From Longivirga aurantiaca (lineage in GTDB: Bacteria; Actinomycetota; Actinomycetes; S36-B12; CAIYMF01), in contig NZ_JBHSTI010000008.1 in the NCBI RefSeq assembly GCF_042660085.1, positions 1 to 32,000 of the forward strand: a DNA stretch of 32,000 bases. Direction: 5' to 3'. Below, in pieces: positions 23,987 to 32,000 of this stretch (positions within the stretch are counted from its first letter, which is position 1; each line of letters opens with the position of its first letter). Below the pieces are notes generated by a model. It was not told where the DNA came from. It saw only the letters and a list, made by a program, of their open reading frames with translations, and did no database searches. The translations under genes and the position numbers were made by a program.

Positions 23987-25138
23987 TTAGTGGCGGCGGT
24001 CCACGCGGCGGGTGCTGCCGAGGACCATGGCGCCTGCGCCGAGGAGCAGGGCGGCGACGCCGGCGAGGGCGAGCCCGCTGGTGCTGGAGCCCGTTTCGGC
24101 GAGGCCCGGCTGGGTCGAGGTCGGCGTCGCCGGCGTGGTGCTGGCCGGGGGCGTCGTCGCCGGCTCGGTGGCCGGAGGCGTGGTGGCCGGCGGCGTCGTC
24201 ACCGGCGGCGTGGTGCCCGGGTCGGTCGGGGTCGGCTCCACCGTGATGGTGGCGCTGGAGGAGGCCGTCAGCGTCTGCACGCCGGCGAAGGCGAGCTTCT
24301 GGATCTCGGTCGGACGGTCCGGGTTCACGAGCGCCCAGCCGCCGTCGACCGGAGCCGAGCCGGAGGCGGTGACGACGACGTCGCCGGGAGCGGTGCCGGA
24401 CGGAACCTCGACCCAGACCTCGTCACCGTCGGAGGCTGTGGTGACGGCCGAGCCGCCGCTGGCGGCGTCGAAGATGGTGAAGGCCGGGTTGGTGGCGAGG
24501 TCGACCGGGGTCGAGCCCGACCAGTTGATCGTGAACGGGCCGACACGGCCGCTGAGCGCCGTGGTGGTCGCCGGGGTGATCGACAGGGACGGGGCGGGCT
24601 GCGACGAGGCGCCGACGTTGTCCGGGCCGGTGAGGTAGGCGTAGAGCGCCTTCACGCCGTCGGTGTTCTTGTTCGTGTCGAGGGTGCGGCCGTCGGTGTA
24701 GTGCCAGAGGGCGGCCTGTGTGCCGGCGACGGCGGTGGCGGTGTCCATCGGGCTCACGCCGCTGGCGGCGGAGAGCTGGGCCAGCGTGAGGACCGGGAAG
24801 CTGTTCTGGAGGATCCAGAGCACCTGGCTCGGGTTCGGGACCTGCGAGCCGAGCTGCTGGAGCTCGTACGTGTCGCCGGCGTTGATCGGCACACCGAGGT
24901 CGACGCAGTAGGCGCGGAGCGTGCCGCCGCCCGCGACGTCGAGGCGGAACACCGACGTGGCGTGCTGCGTGCCGTTCATCCAGACGGCGTGGCCACCGGT
25001 GTAGACGCCGTTGTAGGTGACGGTCGTGGCTGCGACGGCGGCCGGGGCGAAGATCAGCCCGAGGAGCCCGAGGATCGCCACGATGGCGAGACTCATCCGG
25101 GTACGGCCCCGGGGGCGTGCGGCGGTGGTCAGGCTCAT
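23987..25138 (-). CDS. Cell-wall-anchored surface protein with thioester (TQXA) domain and LAETG sorting signal
   Basis: 383 aa. It has a signal peptide (MSLAIVAILGLLGLIFAPAAVAA), YCVD (Cys78) plus GTQAALW (Gln141) matching the thioester-domain motifs, and a T/P-rich stalk. These are followed by LAETG, a hydrophobic segment and an RRVDRRH tail. Confidence 0.82.
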   Translation of the reverse strand: MSLTTAARPRGRTRMSLAIVAILGLLGLIFAPAAVAATTVTYNGVYTGGHAVWMNGTQHATSVFRLDVAGGGTLRAYCVDLGVPINAGDTYELQQLGSQVPNPSQVLWILQNSFPVLTLAQLSAASGVSPMDTATAVAGTQAALWHYTDGRTLDTNKNTDGVKALYAYLTGPDNVGASSQPAPSLSITPATTTALSGRVGPFTINWSGSTPVDLATNPAFTIFDAASGGSAVTTASDGDEVWVEVPSGTAPGDVVVTASGSAPVDGGWALVNPDRPTEIQKLAFAGVQTLTASSSATITVEPTPTDPGTTPPVTTPPATTPPATEPATTPPASTTPATPTSTQPGLAETGSSTSGLALAGVAALLLGAGAMVLGSTRRVDRRH

Positions 25139-25350
25139 TGAGGATCTCCCATTTCAGCGGCGTGGTCGGCGCCGGGTGCTTACGTGACCCCCAAGATACT
25201 CACGCTGCGCGACGGGGGGAGAGGGCCGGACGGGTGACGCACGATGGACGGAGGGACGAGGGATCACCCGTTCGGCCGAGCACGCTGACGCCTGGTCACC
25301 GCTGGACGGGCCCGATCGCCCTCCGTGACCGCCTCGCGGGCCCGTTCCGC

Positions 25351-25635
25351 CTAGCCGCGGGGGTCGAAGTGCGTCACCGAGAGCCCGAGCACGTACGGCG
25401 CGAGGGCGCTGCGTCCCTCGGAGGCGCGCCAGGCGCGGTACGCGGTGTCGGCCTCCATCGACTCCCAGCGCTCGAGGACGAGGACGTGCGCCGGGTCGTC
25501 GGTCTGCACGATCACCTCGACGCCGAGGTTGCCGGTGAACCCCCGGGTCGCGACGAGCACGTCGTCGAGCACGGCGAGCGCCTCGGAGGTCGACTCGGGG
25601 CGCAGGGTCAGGTCGAGGATCGCGAGGATGCTCAT
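25351..25635 (-). CDS. Antibiotic-biosynthesis-monooxygenase (ABM)-like small protein
   Basis: 94 aa with a ferredoxin-like dimeric alpha+beta barrel pattern (ILDLTLRPE...VLVLERWES.EA..AY.AWR). Confidence 0.65.
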   Translation of the reverse strand: MSILAILDLTLRPESTSEALAVLDDVLVATRGFTGNLGVEVIVQTDDPAHVLVLERWESMEADTAYRAWRASEGRSALAPYVLGLSVTHFDPRG

Positions 25636-25687
25636 GGGGGCTCCGAGGCATGCGGCGGGACGGGCAGTGGCCCGACCCTAGGGCCGT

Positions 25688-25743
25688 GACGTACGGCGAG
25701 GGCCGGCCGGATCACGTGATCTAGCCGGCCCTCGCCGTACGTC
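25688..25743. terminator. 56-bp nested palindrome directly after the pntB stop
   Basis: Perfect 20-bp arms gacgtacggcgagggccggc / gccggccctcgccgtacgtc flank the perfect 12-bp palindrome GATCACGTGATC. Confidence 0.6.
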
Positions 25744-25744
25744 G

Positions 25745-27163
25745 CTACAGGGCGCGGACGATGTCCTCGACCCGGTCCTTGGCGTCTCCGAAGAGCATCG
25801 CCGAGTTCTCCTTGAAGAACAGCGGGTTCTGCACGCCGGCGTAGCCCGAGGCCATGGAGCGCTTGAAGATGATGACCTGGCCGGCGTTCCAGACGGTGAG
25901 GACGGGCATGCCGGCGATCGGGCTGGTGGGGTCGTCCATCGCGGCCGGGTTGACGGTGTCGTTGGCGCCGATGACCAGGACGACGTCGGTCGAGGCGAAG
26001 TCGTCGTTGATCTCGTCCATCTCCAGGACGATGTCGTAGGGCACCTTGGCCTCGGCCAGGAGCACGTTCATGTGCCCCGGGAGGCGGCCGGCGACGGGGT
26101 GGATGCCGAAGCGCACCTCGATGCCGCGCTCGCGCAGCTTGCGGGTGAGCTCGGCGACGCCGTACTGCGCCTGGGCGACGGCCATGCCGTAGCCGGGCGT
26201 GATGATCACCGAGCGGGCGCTGGTGAGCAGCTCGGCGGCGGCGTCGGCCGTGATCTCGCGGTGATCGCCGTAGTCCTTGTCGTCGCCGCTGGGCGCCTCG
26301 ATGCCGAAGCCGCCGGCGATGACGGAGATGAACGAGCGGTTCATCGCGCGGCACATGATGTAGCTCAGGTAGGCACCGGAGGAGCCGACGAGCGCGCCGG
26401 TGATGATGAGCAGGTCGTTGCCGAGCAGGAAGCCCGATGCGGCTGCTGCCCAGCCGGAGTAGCTGTTGAGCATGGACACGACCACCGGCATGTCGCCGCC
26501 GCCGATCGAGGCGACCAGGTGCCAGCCCAGCGCCAGCGCGACGACGGTGACCGCGATGAGCAGCCACAGCGCGGGGCTGATGACGAACCAGACGGTGAGC
26601 GCGACGAACGCGACGAGCGCGCCGATGTTGAGGATGTTCTTGCCCGGCAGCATCAGCGGCGCCGAGGAGATGCGCGCGGACAGCTTGAGGAACGCGACGA
26701 TCGAGCCGGTGAAGGTCACGGCGCCGATGAACACGCCGATGAACACCTCGGCGGAGTGGATCGACAGCAGGCCCTCGGCGTCGAGGAGCAGCGCCTCCTC
26801 GCCGGTGAGCTTGGCCTCGACGTGCAGGTACGACGCCCAGCCGACCAGCACGGCTGCGAGACCGACGAACGAGTGGAGCAGCGCGATGAGCTCGGGCATG
26901 CCGGTCATCTCGACGATGCGCGCCCGCCACAGGCCGATCGCGGCACCGATGAGGACCGCTCCGACCAGGAGCGCGAGGGGCACGGCGTCGATGCCGCGGT
27001 CGAGCACCAGGGCGAGGGTCGCCACGAGGGCGACGGCCATGCCCAGGATGCCGTAGGTGTTGCCGGCCTTGGCGGTCTCGTGCTTGGACAGCCCGGCCAG
27101 GGCCAGGATGAACAGCAGGCCCGCGACGATGTAGGCCGCCTGCGCGGCGTTCTCGAAGGTCAT
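25745..27163 (-). CDS. pntB: NAD(P) transhydrogenase subunit beta
   Basis: 472 aa with an N-terminal polytopic domain and a C-terminal dIII NADP(H) domain ([35 protein letters not shown]). Confidence 0.93.
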   Translation of the reverse strand: MTFENAAQAAYIVAGLLFILALAGLSKHETAKAGNTYGILGMAVALVATLALVLDRGIDAVPLALLVGAVLIGAAIGLWRARIVEMTGMPELIALLHSFVGLAAVLVGWASYLHVEAKLTGEEALLLDAEGLLSIHSAEVFIGVFIGAVTFTGSIVAFLKLSARISSAPLMLPGKNILNIGALVAFVALTVWFVISPALWLLIAVTVVALALGWHLVASIGGGDMPVVVSMLNSYSGWAAAASGFLLGNDLLIITGALVGSSGAYLSYIMCRAMNRSFISVIAGGFGIEAPSGDDKDYGDHREITADAAAELLTSARSVIITPGYGMAVAQAQYGVAELTRKLRERGIEVRFGIHPVAGRLPGHMNVLLAEAKVPYDIVLEMDEINDDFASTDVVLVIGANDTVNPAAMDDPTSPIAGMPVLTVWNAGQVIIFKRSMASGYAGVQNPLFFKENSAMLFGDAKDRVEDIVRAL

Positions 27164-27165
27164 GG

Positions 27166-28689
27166 TCAGCTCCTCGAGAACATGGCGAGCATGCGACGGG
27201 TGACCGCGAAGCCACCGAAGACGTTGATGGACGCGAGCAGGATCGCCACGGTCGACACCGCTGTGATGAGCGGGTCACCGGTGCCCATCTGCAGCAGCGC
27301 GCCGACCACGATGATCCCGGAGATGGCGTTGGTCACCGACATCAGCGGCGTGTGCAGGGCGTGGTGCACGTTGCCGATCACGTAGTAGCCGATCACGATC
27401 GCCAGGGCGAAGACGGTGAGGTGACCGAGCAGCGACGGCGGGGAGACCGCGCCGAGCAGGAACAGCGCCGTGGCCACGATCCCGACCAGGGCGAAGCGCC
27501 TCCCCGGTGGTGCCGGCGGCTTGGGCTCCTTGGCGGCCACGGCTGCGGCCGGTGCGGCCGCGGGGGCGGCTGACACCTGCACCGCGGGCGGCGGCCAGGT
27601 CGACTCGCCCTCGCGGACGACCGTGATTCCGCGCTGCACGACGTCGTCGAAGTCGAGCACCAGCACGCCGTCCTTGGCCGGCGTCATGAGCTTCATCAGG
27701 TTGACCAGGTTGGTGCCGTAGAGCTGGGACGACTGCGCGGGCAGGCGGCCGGCGAGGTCGGTGTACCCGATGATCGTGACGCCGTTCTCGGTCACGACGG
27801 CCTCGCCCGCGACCGTGCCCTCGACGTTGCCGCCGTTGGACGCCGCCATGTCGACGATCACGCTGCCGCGCTTCATGCTCGCGACCATCGCCGCGGTGAT
27901 CAGCCTCGGAGCCGGGCGGCCCGGGATCAGCGCGGTGGTGATGACGATGTCCATCTCGGGGATGCGGCTCGCGTAGAGCGCCTCGGCCCGGGCGTTGTAG
28001 TCGTCCGACATCTCCTTGGCGTAGCCGGTCGCCGAGACCTCGACGTCGGCCGCTGCGACCGGGAGGTACTCGCCGCCGAGCGACTTCACCTGGTCGGCGA
28101 CCTCCGGGCGCGGGTCGGTCGCGTACACGATCGCGCCGAGGCTGCCCGCCGTACCGATCGCGGCGAGGCCGGCGACGCCGGCTCCGGCGATGAGGACCTT
28201 GGCCGGCGGAACCTTGCCCGCCGCGGTGACCTGGCCGGTGAAGAAGCGGCCGAACACGTGGGCGGCCTCGACGACCGCGCGGTAGCCCGCGATGTTCGCC
28301 ATCGAGCTGAGCACGTCCAACGACTGCGCGCGCGAGATGCGCGGCACCGCGTCCATGGCCAGCGCCGTGATCGGACGGCGGCCGAGGTCCTGCACCAGCT
28401 CGGGGTTGAAGGCCGGGGCCAGCAGGCTCACCAGCGTCGCGCCCGGGCGCAGGCCGTCGAGCTGCTCGGTCGAGGGGGCGTTCACGCCGAACACGATGTC
28501 GGCCGCGAGCGGGTCGCCGATCGTGGCGCCTGCCTCGACGTACCCGTCGTCGGAGAAGTCCGAGGCCGCACCCGCGCCTGCCTCCACCACGACCTCGTAG
28601 CCCAGCTTCTTCAGCTGCACGACGGTGGCGGGAGTCGCCGCGACCCGGGTCTCCCCAGCACGCGCCTCTCTCAGCACTCCGATGATCAC
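27166..28689 (-). CDS. pntA: NAD(P) transhydrogenase subunit alpha (dI plus membrane dIIa in one polypeptide)
   Basis: 507 aa with [20 protein letters not shown], the NAD-binding motif [18 protein letters not shown] and C-terminal TM helices. GTG start after GAAGGAGG. Its stop lies 2 nt before the pntB start. Confidence 0.93.
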   Translation of the reverse strand: MIIGVLREARAGETRVAATPATVVQLKKLGYEVVVEAGAGAASDFSDDGYVEAGATIGDPLAADIVFGVNAPSTEQLDGLRPGATLVSLLAPAFNPELVQDLGRRPITALAMDAVPRISRAQSLDVLSSMANIAGYRAVVEAAHVFGRFFTGQVTAAGKVPPAKVLIAGAGVAGLAAIGTAGSLGAIVYATDPRPEVADQVKSLGGEYLPVAAADVEVSATGYAKEMSDDYNARAEALYASRIPEMDIVITTALIPGRPAPRLITAAMVASMKRGSVIVDMAASNGGNVEGTVAGEAVVTENGVTIIGYTDLAGRLPAQSSQLYGTNLVNLMKLMTPAKDGVLVLDFDDVVQRGITVVREGESTWPPPAVQVSAAPAAAPAAAVAAKEPKPPAPPGRRFALVGIVATALFLLGAVSPPSLLGHLTVFALAIVIGYYVIGNVHHALHTPLMSVTNAISGIIVVGALLQMGTGDPLITAVSTVAILLASINVFGGFAVTRRMLAMFSRS

Positions 28690-28967
28690 GCCGAGCCTCC
28701 TTCACGCTGCCGCCCGCACGGGCGGAGGCAGCTCATGGCTTCCGTTGGGCGAGGCCGACCGGCGACGCTGTGGGGCACAGCCCTGCCGCGTCGGGTCTCC
28801 CCGCCTCGCTGCACGCTACCGGCCCGGGTTCCGCGAGGCCGGGCAGCGTGCCGGGAATCACGGACGACCGGGTCACGTCCGGGCCCGGGTGAACGCGGGC
28901 GAGGCCGGTACGGAACGTGCGGCGGCGTCGCCCCCGAAGGCCGTGGTCCACGCCCTAGGCTTCGACC

Positions 28968-30179
28968 GTGCCCGTCGAACCGTCAGTCGTCGCCCTCGTG
29001 CGCGGCGCCGTGGCCGCCGACGAGGCCCTGCTCGTGGAGATGCGCCGGGACCTGCACGCGCACCCCGAGCTGTCCGGGCAGGAGAAGGCCACCACCCGCT
29101 GGATCCACCAGCACCTGCGCGACCTCGGCCTCGCCCCGCAGCGGCTCGAGGCCGGCACCGGGGTGGTCTGCGACGTCGTGCTCGGCAGCGGCGTCGGGCC
29201 CGTGGTCGCCGTGCGGGCGGACATCGACGCGCTGGCGATGAACGACGACAAGGACGTCGGCTACCGCTCGCAGACCGACGGCGTCGCGCACGCCTGCGGG
29301 CACGACGTCCACACGACCGTGGTCATGGGCGTCGCCCGCGTGCTCGCCCGCAGCGGCGACCGGCTCGGGGTCGACGGTCGCGTGCGGCTCGTCTTCGAGC
29401 CGGCCGAGGAGTCGGTGCCGGGCGGTGCGGTCGACGTGATCGCCGAGGGCTTCTTCGACGACGTCGACGCCGTGTTCGGCGTCCACTGCGACCCGAAGGT
29501 CGACGTCGGTCACGTGGGCCTGCGCGTCGGCCCCATCTCGTCCGCTGCGGACATGGTCGAGATCCGCGTCTCCGGCCCGGGCGGCCACACCTCGCGCCCC
29601 GAGCGCACGGTCGACCTCGTCGCGGTGCTGGCCCGCGTGGTCACGGGGATGCAGGGCGAGATCGACCGGCTGACGGGCGAGCCCGGAGCCGTGCGCTGCG
29701 TCTTCGGCTCGGTCCACGCGGGCGACGCCGCCAACGTCATCCCCTCGGGCGGCTCGCTGCGCGGCACCGTGCGCACCCCTGACCACGACGTGTGGCGGCA
29801 CTTCCCGAAGTACGTCGAGGACGCGCTCGCCACACTCCTCGGCGGCACCGGCGTCACATGGACCACCGAGCATCGACGCGGCGTGCCCCCCGTGGTGAAC
29901 GATGAGGACGCGACGACGATCGTGGCCAACGCGGTGCGCAGCGCGTTGGGCGATGACGGTGCGGTCGAGGTCGAGCAGTCGTGGGGCGGCGACTCCTTCG
30001 CCTGGTACCTCGACAAGGTGCCGGGCGCCTACGCGCGTCTCGGAGTGCACGACCCGTCGTCCGGCGCTCCGCGGCTCGACCTGCACGCCGGCACCTTCGA
30101 CGTCGACGAGCGTGCGATCGCGTACGGCACGCTCGTGCTGGCGCTCGCCGCCCTCGAGGCCCTCGCCGACCTCGGCTGA
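28968..30179 (+). CDS. M20D-family amidohydrolase (N-acyl-amino-acid amidohydrolase / hippurate-hydrolase-like)
   Basis: 403 aa with LHAHPELSGQE, RADIDAL and HACGHDVHT. GTG start. Confidence 0.87.
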   Translation: MPVEPSVVALVRGAVAADEALLVEMRRDLHAHPELSGQEKATTRWIHQHLRDLGLAPQRLEAGTGVVCDVVLGSGVGPVVAVRADIDALAMNDDKDVGYRSQTDGVAHACGHDVHTTVVMGVARVLARSGDRLGVDGRVRLVFEPAEESVPGGAVDVIAEGFFDDVDAVFGVHCDPKVDVGHVGLRVGPISSAADMVEIRVSGPGGHTSRPERTVDLVAVLARVVTGMQGEIDRLTGEPGAVRCVFGSVHAGDAANVIPSGGSLRGTVRTPDHDVWRHFPKYVEDALATLLGGTGVTWTTEHRRGVPPVVNDEDATTIVANAVRSALGDDGAVEVEQSWGGDSFAWYLDKVPGAYARLGVHDPSSGAPRLDLHAGTFDVDERAIAYGTLVLALAALEALADLG

Positions 30180-30192
30180 CTCAGACCGATGT

Positions 30193-30232
30193 GGTAGTGG
30201 GAAGTCGCGCTCTGGCGCGACTTCCCACTACC
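30193..30232. terminator. Perfect 18-bp hairpin between convergent genes
   Basis: ggtagtgggaagtcgcgc tctg gcgcgacttcccactacc. It can be extended by accgat/atcggt to span 30185..30240. Confidence 0.7.
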
Positions 30233-30253
30233 AAATCGGTGAAGGGCGCCGGG

Positions 30254-31732
30254 TCAGACGGCGGACCAGGTGTGGACGGGCTCGTTGGTGTGCATGCGCT
30301 CGACGTAGGCAAGCGTCATGAGGCGCAGGGACTCCCAGCGGTCGTGGCCGCGGCTCTCGAACGTGCGGACGGCCTCGGTCTGCCACACCGAGCCGTTGCG
30401 CTGCGTCACGCACCGGCCCTCGATGATGCCGAGCAGCCGTGCGCTGATGGCGGGGTCGACCTCCCAGGCGTCCAGGCCCTGCTGAGCGAGGGGCAGCAGG
30501 CGGCGCAGCACGAGCTCGGTCGCAGGCACGTGCCCCATGCCCGGCCAGAACAGCGTGCTCTCGATGCCGTTGCGGGCGGCGGCGAAGAAGTTGTCCTCGG
30601 CCGCACCGAAGCTCATCTGCGACCAGACCGGCCGATCCATCTCGGCGAGCGCGCGCAGGGTGCCGAAGTAGAAGGCGCCGTTGGCGAGGATGTCGACGAC
30701 GGTCGGGCCCGCCGGAAGCACGCGGTTCTCGACGCGCAGGTGCGGGCGCCCGTCGACCACGTCGTACACCGGGCGGTTCCAGCGCCACACCGTGCCGTTG
30801 TGCAGGCGCAGCTCGGGCAGCGCGGGCGTGCCGCCCGAGTCGAGCACGGCCACCGGGTCCTCGTCGTCGAGCACGGGCAGCAGCGGCGGGAAGTACGTGA
30901 GGTTCTCCTCGAAGAGGTCGAAGACGCTCGTGATCCAGCGCTCGCCGAACCACACGCGCGGCCGCACGCCCTGCGCCTTCAGCTCCGCCGGCCTGGTGTC
31001 GGTGGCCTCGGCGAAGAGGCTGATGCGCGTCTCGCGCCAGAGCTCGCGCCCGAGGAAGTACGGCGAGTTCGCTCCCATCGCCACCTGCGCGGCGGCGAGG
31101 CACTGCGCGGCGTTCCAGTTCTGGGCGAACTCGTCCGGGCTCACCTGCAGGTGGAACTGCACGCTGGTGCACGCGGCCTCGGGCGCGATGGAGTCGGCGT
31201 ACGTCTCGAGGCTCTCCGGGTCGCCGTCGATGGAGATGTGGAGGTCCTCGCCGCGGGCCAGCAGCATCTGCTGGTCGAGCAGCGCGTAGCGCGGGTTGGT
31301 GCTGATCGCCTCGTGCGTCAGGAGCTCCGGCGACAGCGTGGGAAGGATGCCGATCATCACCATCCCGGCGTCGGCCTCGTGCGCATGCTCGTTCGCGGCG
31401 TTGAGCTGGGTGCGGAGGTGCTCCTCGTAGGCCGCCGCTCCGTCGCCGGAGAGCGACGCCGGCGGCACGTTGATCTCGAGGTTGAAGCGGCCGAGCTCCT
31501 GCACGAACGCCGGGTCGTCGATGCGTGCGAGCACCTCGGCGTTGCGCAGCGCCGGCTGACCCTGGCTGTCGACCAGGTTGAGCTCGACCTCCATGCCTGT
31601 CAGCGGGGTCTCGAAGTCGAAGCGCGACTCCTCCAGCATGCGCGCGAAGACGTCGAGGCAGCGGTGCACCTTGTCGCGGTAGCGCTGCCGGTCCTCGCGC
31701 GTGAAGGTCCGGCTACCGAGCTGCTCACCCAT
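30254..31732 (-). CDS. Glutamate--cysteine ligase family 2 (GCS2) / carboxylate-amine ligase family protein
   Basis: 492 aa. The N-terminal region TFTREDR...F.ETPLTGMEVELNLVD and the overall pattern resemble the long actinobacterial GCS2-type ligases. The substrate is not inferable. Confidence 0.72.
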   Translation of the reverse strand: MGEQLGSRTFTREDRQRYRDKVHRCLDVFARMLEESRFDFETPLTGMEVELNLVDSQGQPALRNAEVLARIDDPAFVQELGRFNLEINVPPASLSGDGAAAYEEHLRTQLNAANEHAHEADAGMVMIGILPTLSPELLTHEAISTNPRYALLDQQMLLARGEDLHISIDGDPESLETYADSIAPEAACTSVQFHLQVSPDEFAQNWNAAQCLAAAQVAMGANSPYFLGRELWRETRISLFAEATDTRPAELKAQGVRPRVWFGERWITSVFDLFEENLTYFPPLLPVLDDEDPVAVLDSGGTPALPELRLHNGTVWRWNRPVYDVVDGRPHLRVENRVLPAGPTVVDILANGAFYFGTLRALAEMDRPVWSQMSFGAAEDNFFAAARNGIESTLFWPGMGHVPATELVLRRLLPLAQQGLDAWEVDPAISARLLGIIEGRCVTQRNGSVWQTEAVRTFESRGHDRWESLRLMTLAYVERMHTNEPVHTWSAV

Positions 31733-31788
31733 GGGCGAAGCCTGCCCCGCTCGGGTGCGGCTGCGCGGGCGAACGCGACGATCTGTCG

Positions 31789-32000
31789 GTCAGGCGCCGG
31801 TCTCCGACAGTCCGCGAAGGATCGCACCGACGTTCGCCGGCCCGTGCACCTCGACCCCGCGCACGTCGTTCTGCTCGCACGCGGCGAGCAGGGCGTCGCG
31901 CGGTTCGGGCTCGACGCCGCCGCCTATGAGCAGCGCACTGATCTGCTGCTGCTGCACCCAGAGCAGCGCCTCGTGGTCGTCGAGAGTGCCGCGGGCGTCG
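31789..32000 (-). CDS. 3' end of a CDS running off the right edge (hypothetical)
   Basis: The minus-strand frame is open from the window edge to TGA (tca at 31789-31791). Translation is ...LLWVQQQQISALLIGGGVEPEPRDALLAACEQNDVRGVEVHGPANVGAILRGLSETGA, with GC-rich third positions. This ORF is not in the supplied track because it has no start in the window. Confidence 0.5.

Noticed and set aside
24100-24260. Repetitive DNA in the adhesin gene (ggcgtcgtc/gccgg motifs) as a possible independent repeat element
   Set aside because: It is simply the coding sequence of the Thr/Pro-rich stalk (TPPVTTPPATTPPATEPATTPP) of the surface protein.
17148-31172. Long alternative-frame ORFs across the right half (e.g. 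17148..18110 -, 17210..18205 +, 18226..19893 +, 21380..22735 -, 21505..22872 +, 22883..23983 -, 23990..25141 +, 25632..27278 -, 26072..27385 +, 27275..28705 -, 28625..29782 +, 28983..30086 -, 30228..31172 -)
   Set aside because: They are antisense or out of frame relative to confidently recognised genes (BASS, FadD, aminotransferase, hydrolase, adhesin, pntAB, M20, GCS2), and their compositions are typical of non-coding frames in GC-rich DNA.

Overview
This is a high-GC, Actinomycetota-type chromosomal segment. It is densely packed with about 30 protein genes, mostly redox and acyl-CoA metabolism. From left to right: (1) a beta-oxidation-like cluster at 0.1-8.7 kb with acyl-CoA synthetase, acyl-CoA dehydrogenase, enoyl-CoA hydratase, four SDRs, a luciferase-like monooxygenase and a SnoaL-like protein; (2) a membrane-anchored hypothetical protein; (3) F420-dependent glucose-6-phosphate dehydrogenase (fgd); (4) a second enoyl-CoA hydratase, an LtrA-family membrane protein and a VOC protein; (5) a translationally coupled FadD-type CoA ligase and bile-acid:Na+ symporter pair; (6) a PNPOx-like protein, a cupin, a class-III aminotransferase and an alpha/beta hydrolase; (7) a sortase-anchored thioester (TQXA) adhesin and an ABM protein; (8) pntAB transhydrogenase, an M20 amidohydrolase and a GCS2-family ligase. 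Convergent gene pairs are separated by long, near-perfect hairpins. The only clearly accessory piece is a small lower-GC islet at about 8.7-11.45 kb. It is bracketed by two outward-facing 3' halves of tRNA genes: Gly-CCC on the minus strand and Thr-CGT on the plus strand. Neither has a matching 5' half. The islet carries one 643-aa orphan ORF of unassignable function and four pairs of tandem 10-11-mers. I saw no integrase, transposase, CRISPR array, rRNA or intact tRNA. I did not find a convincing multi-gene novel system. The orphan ORF in the tRNA-remnant islet is the best candidate for something undescribed, and its function cannot be read from the sequence alone. All family calls come from motif and pattern recognition by eye; no database search was run.
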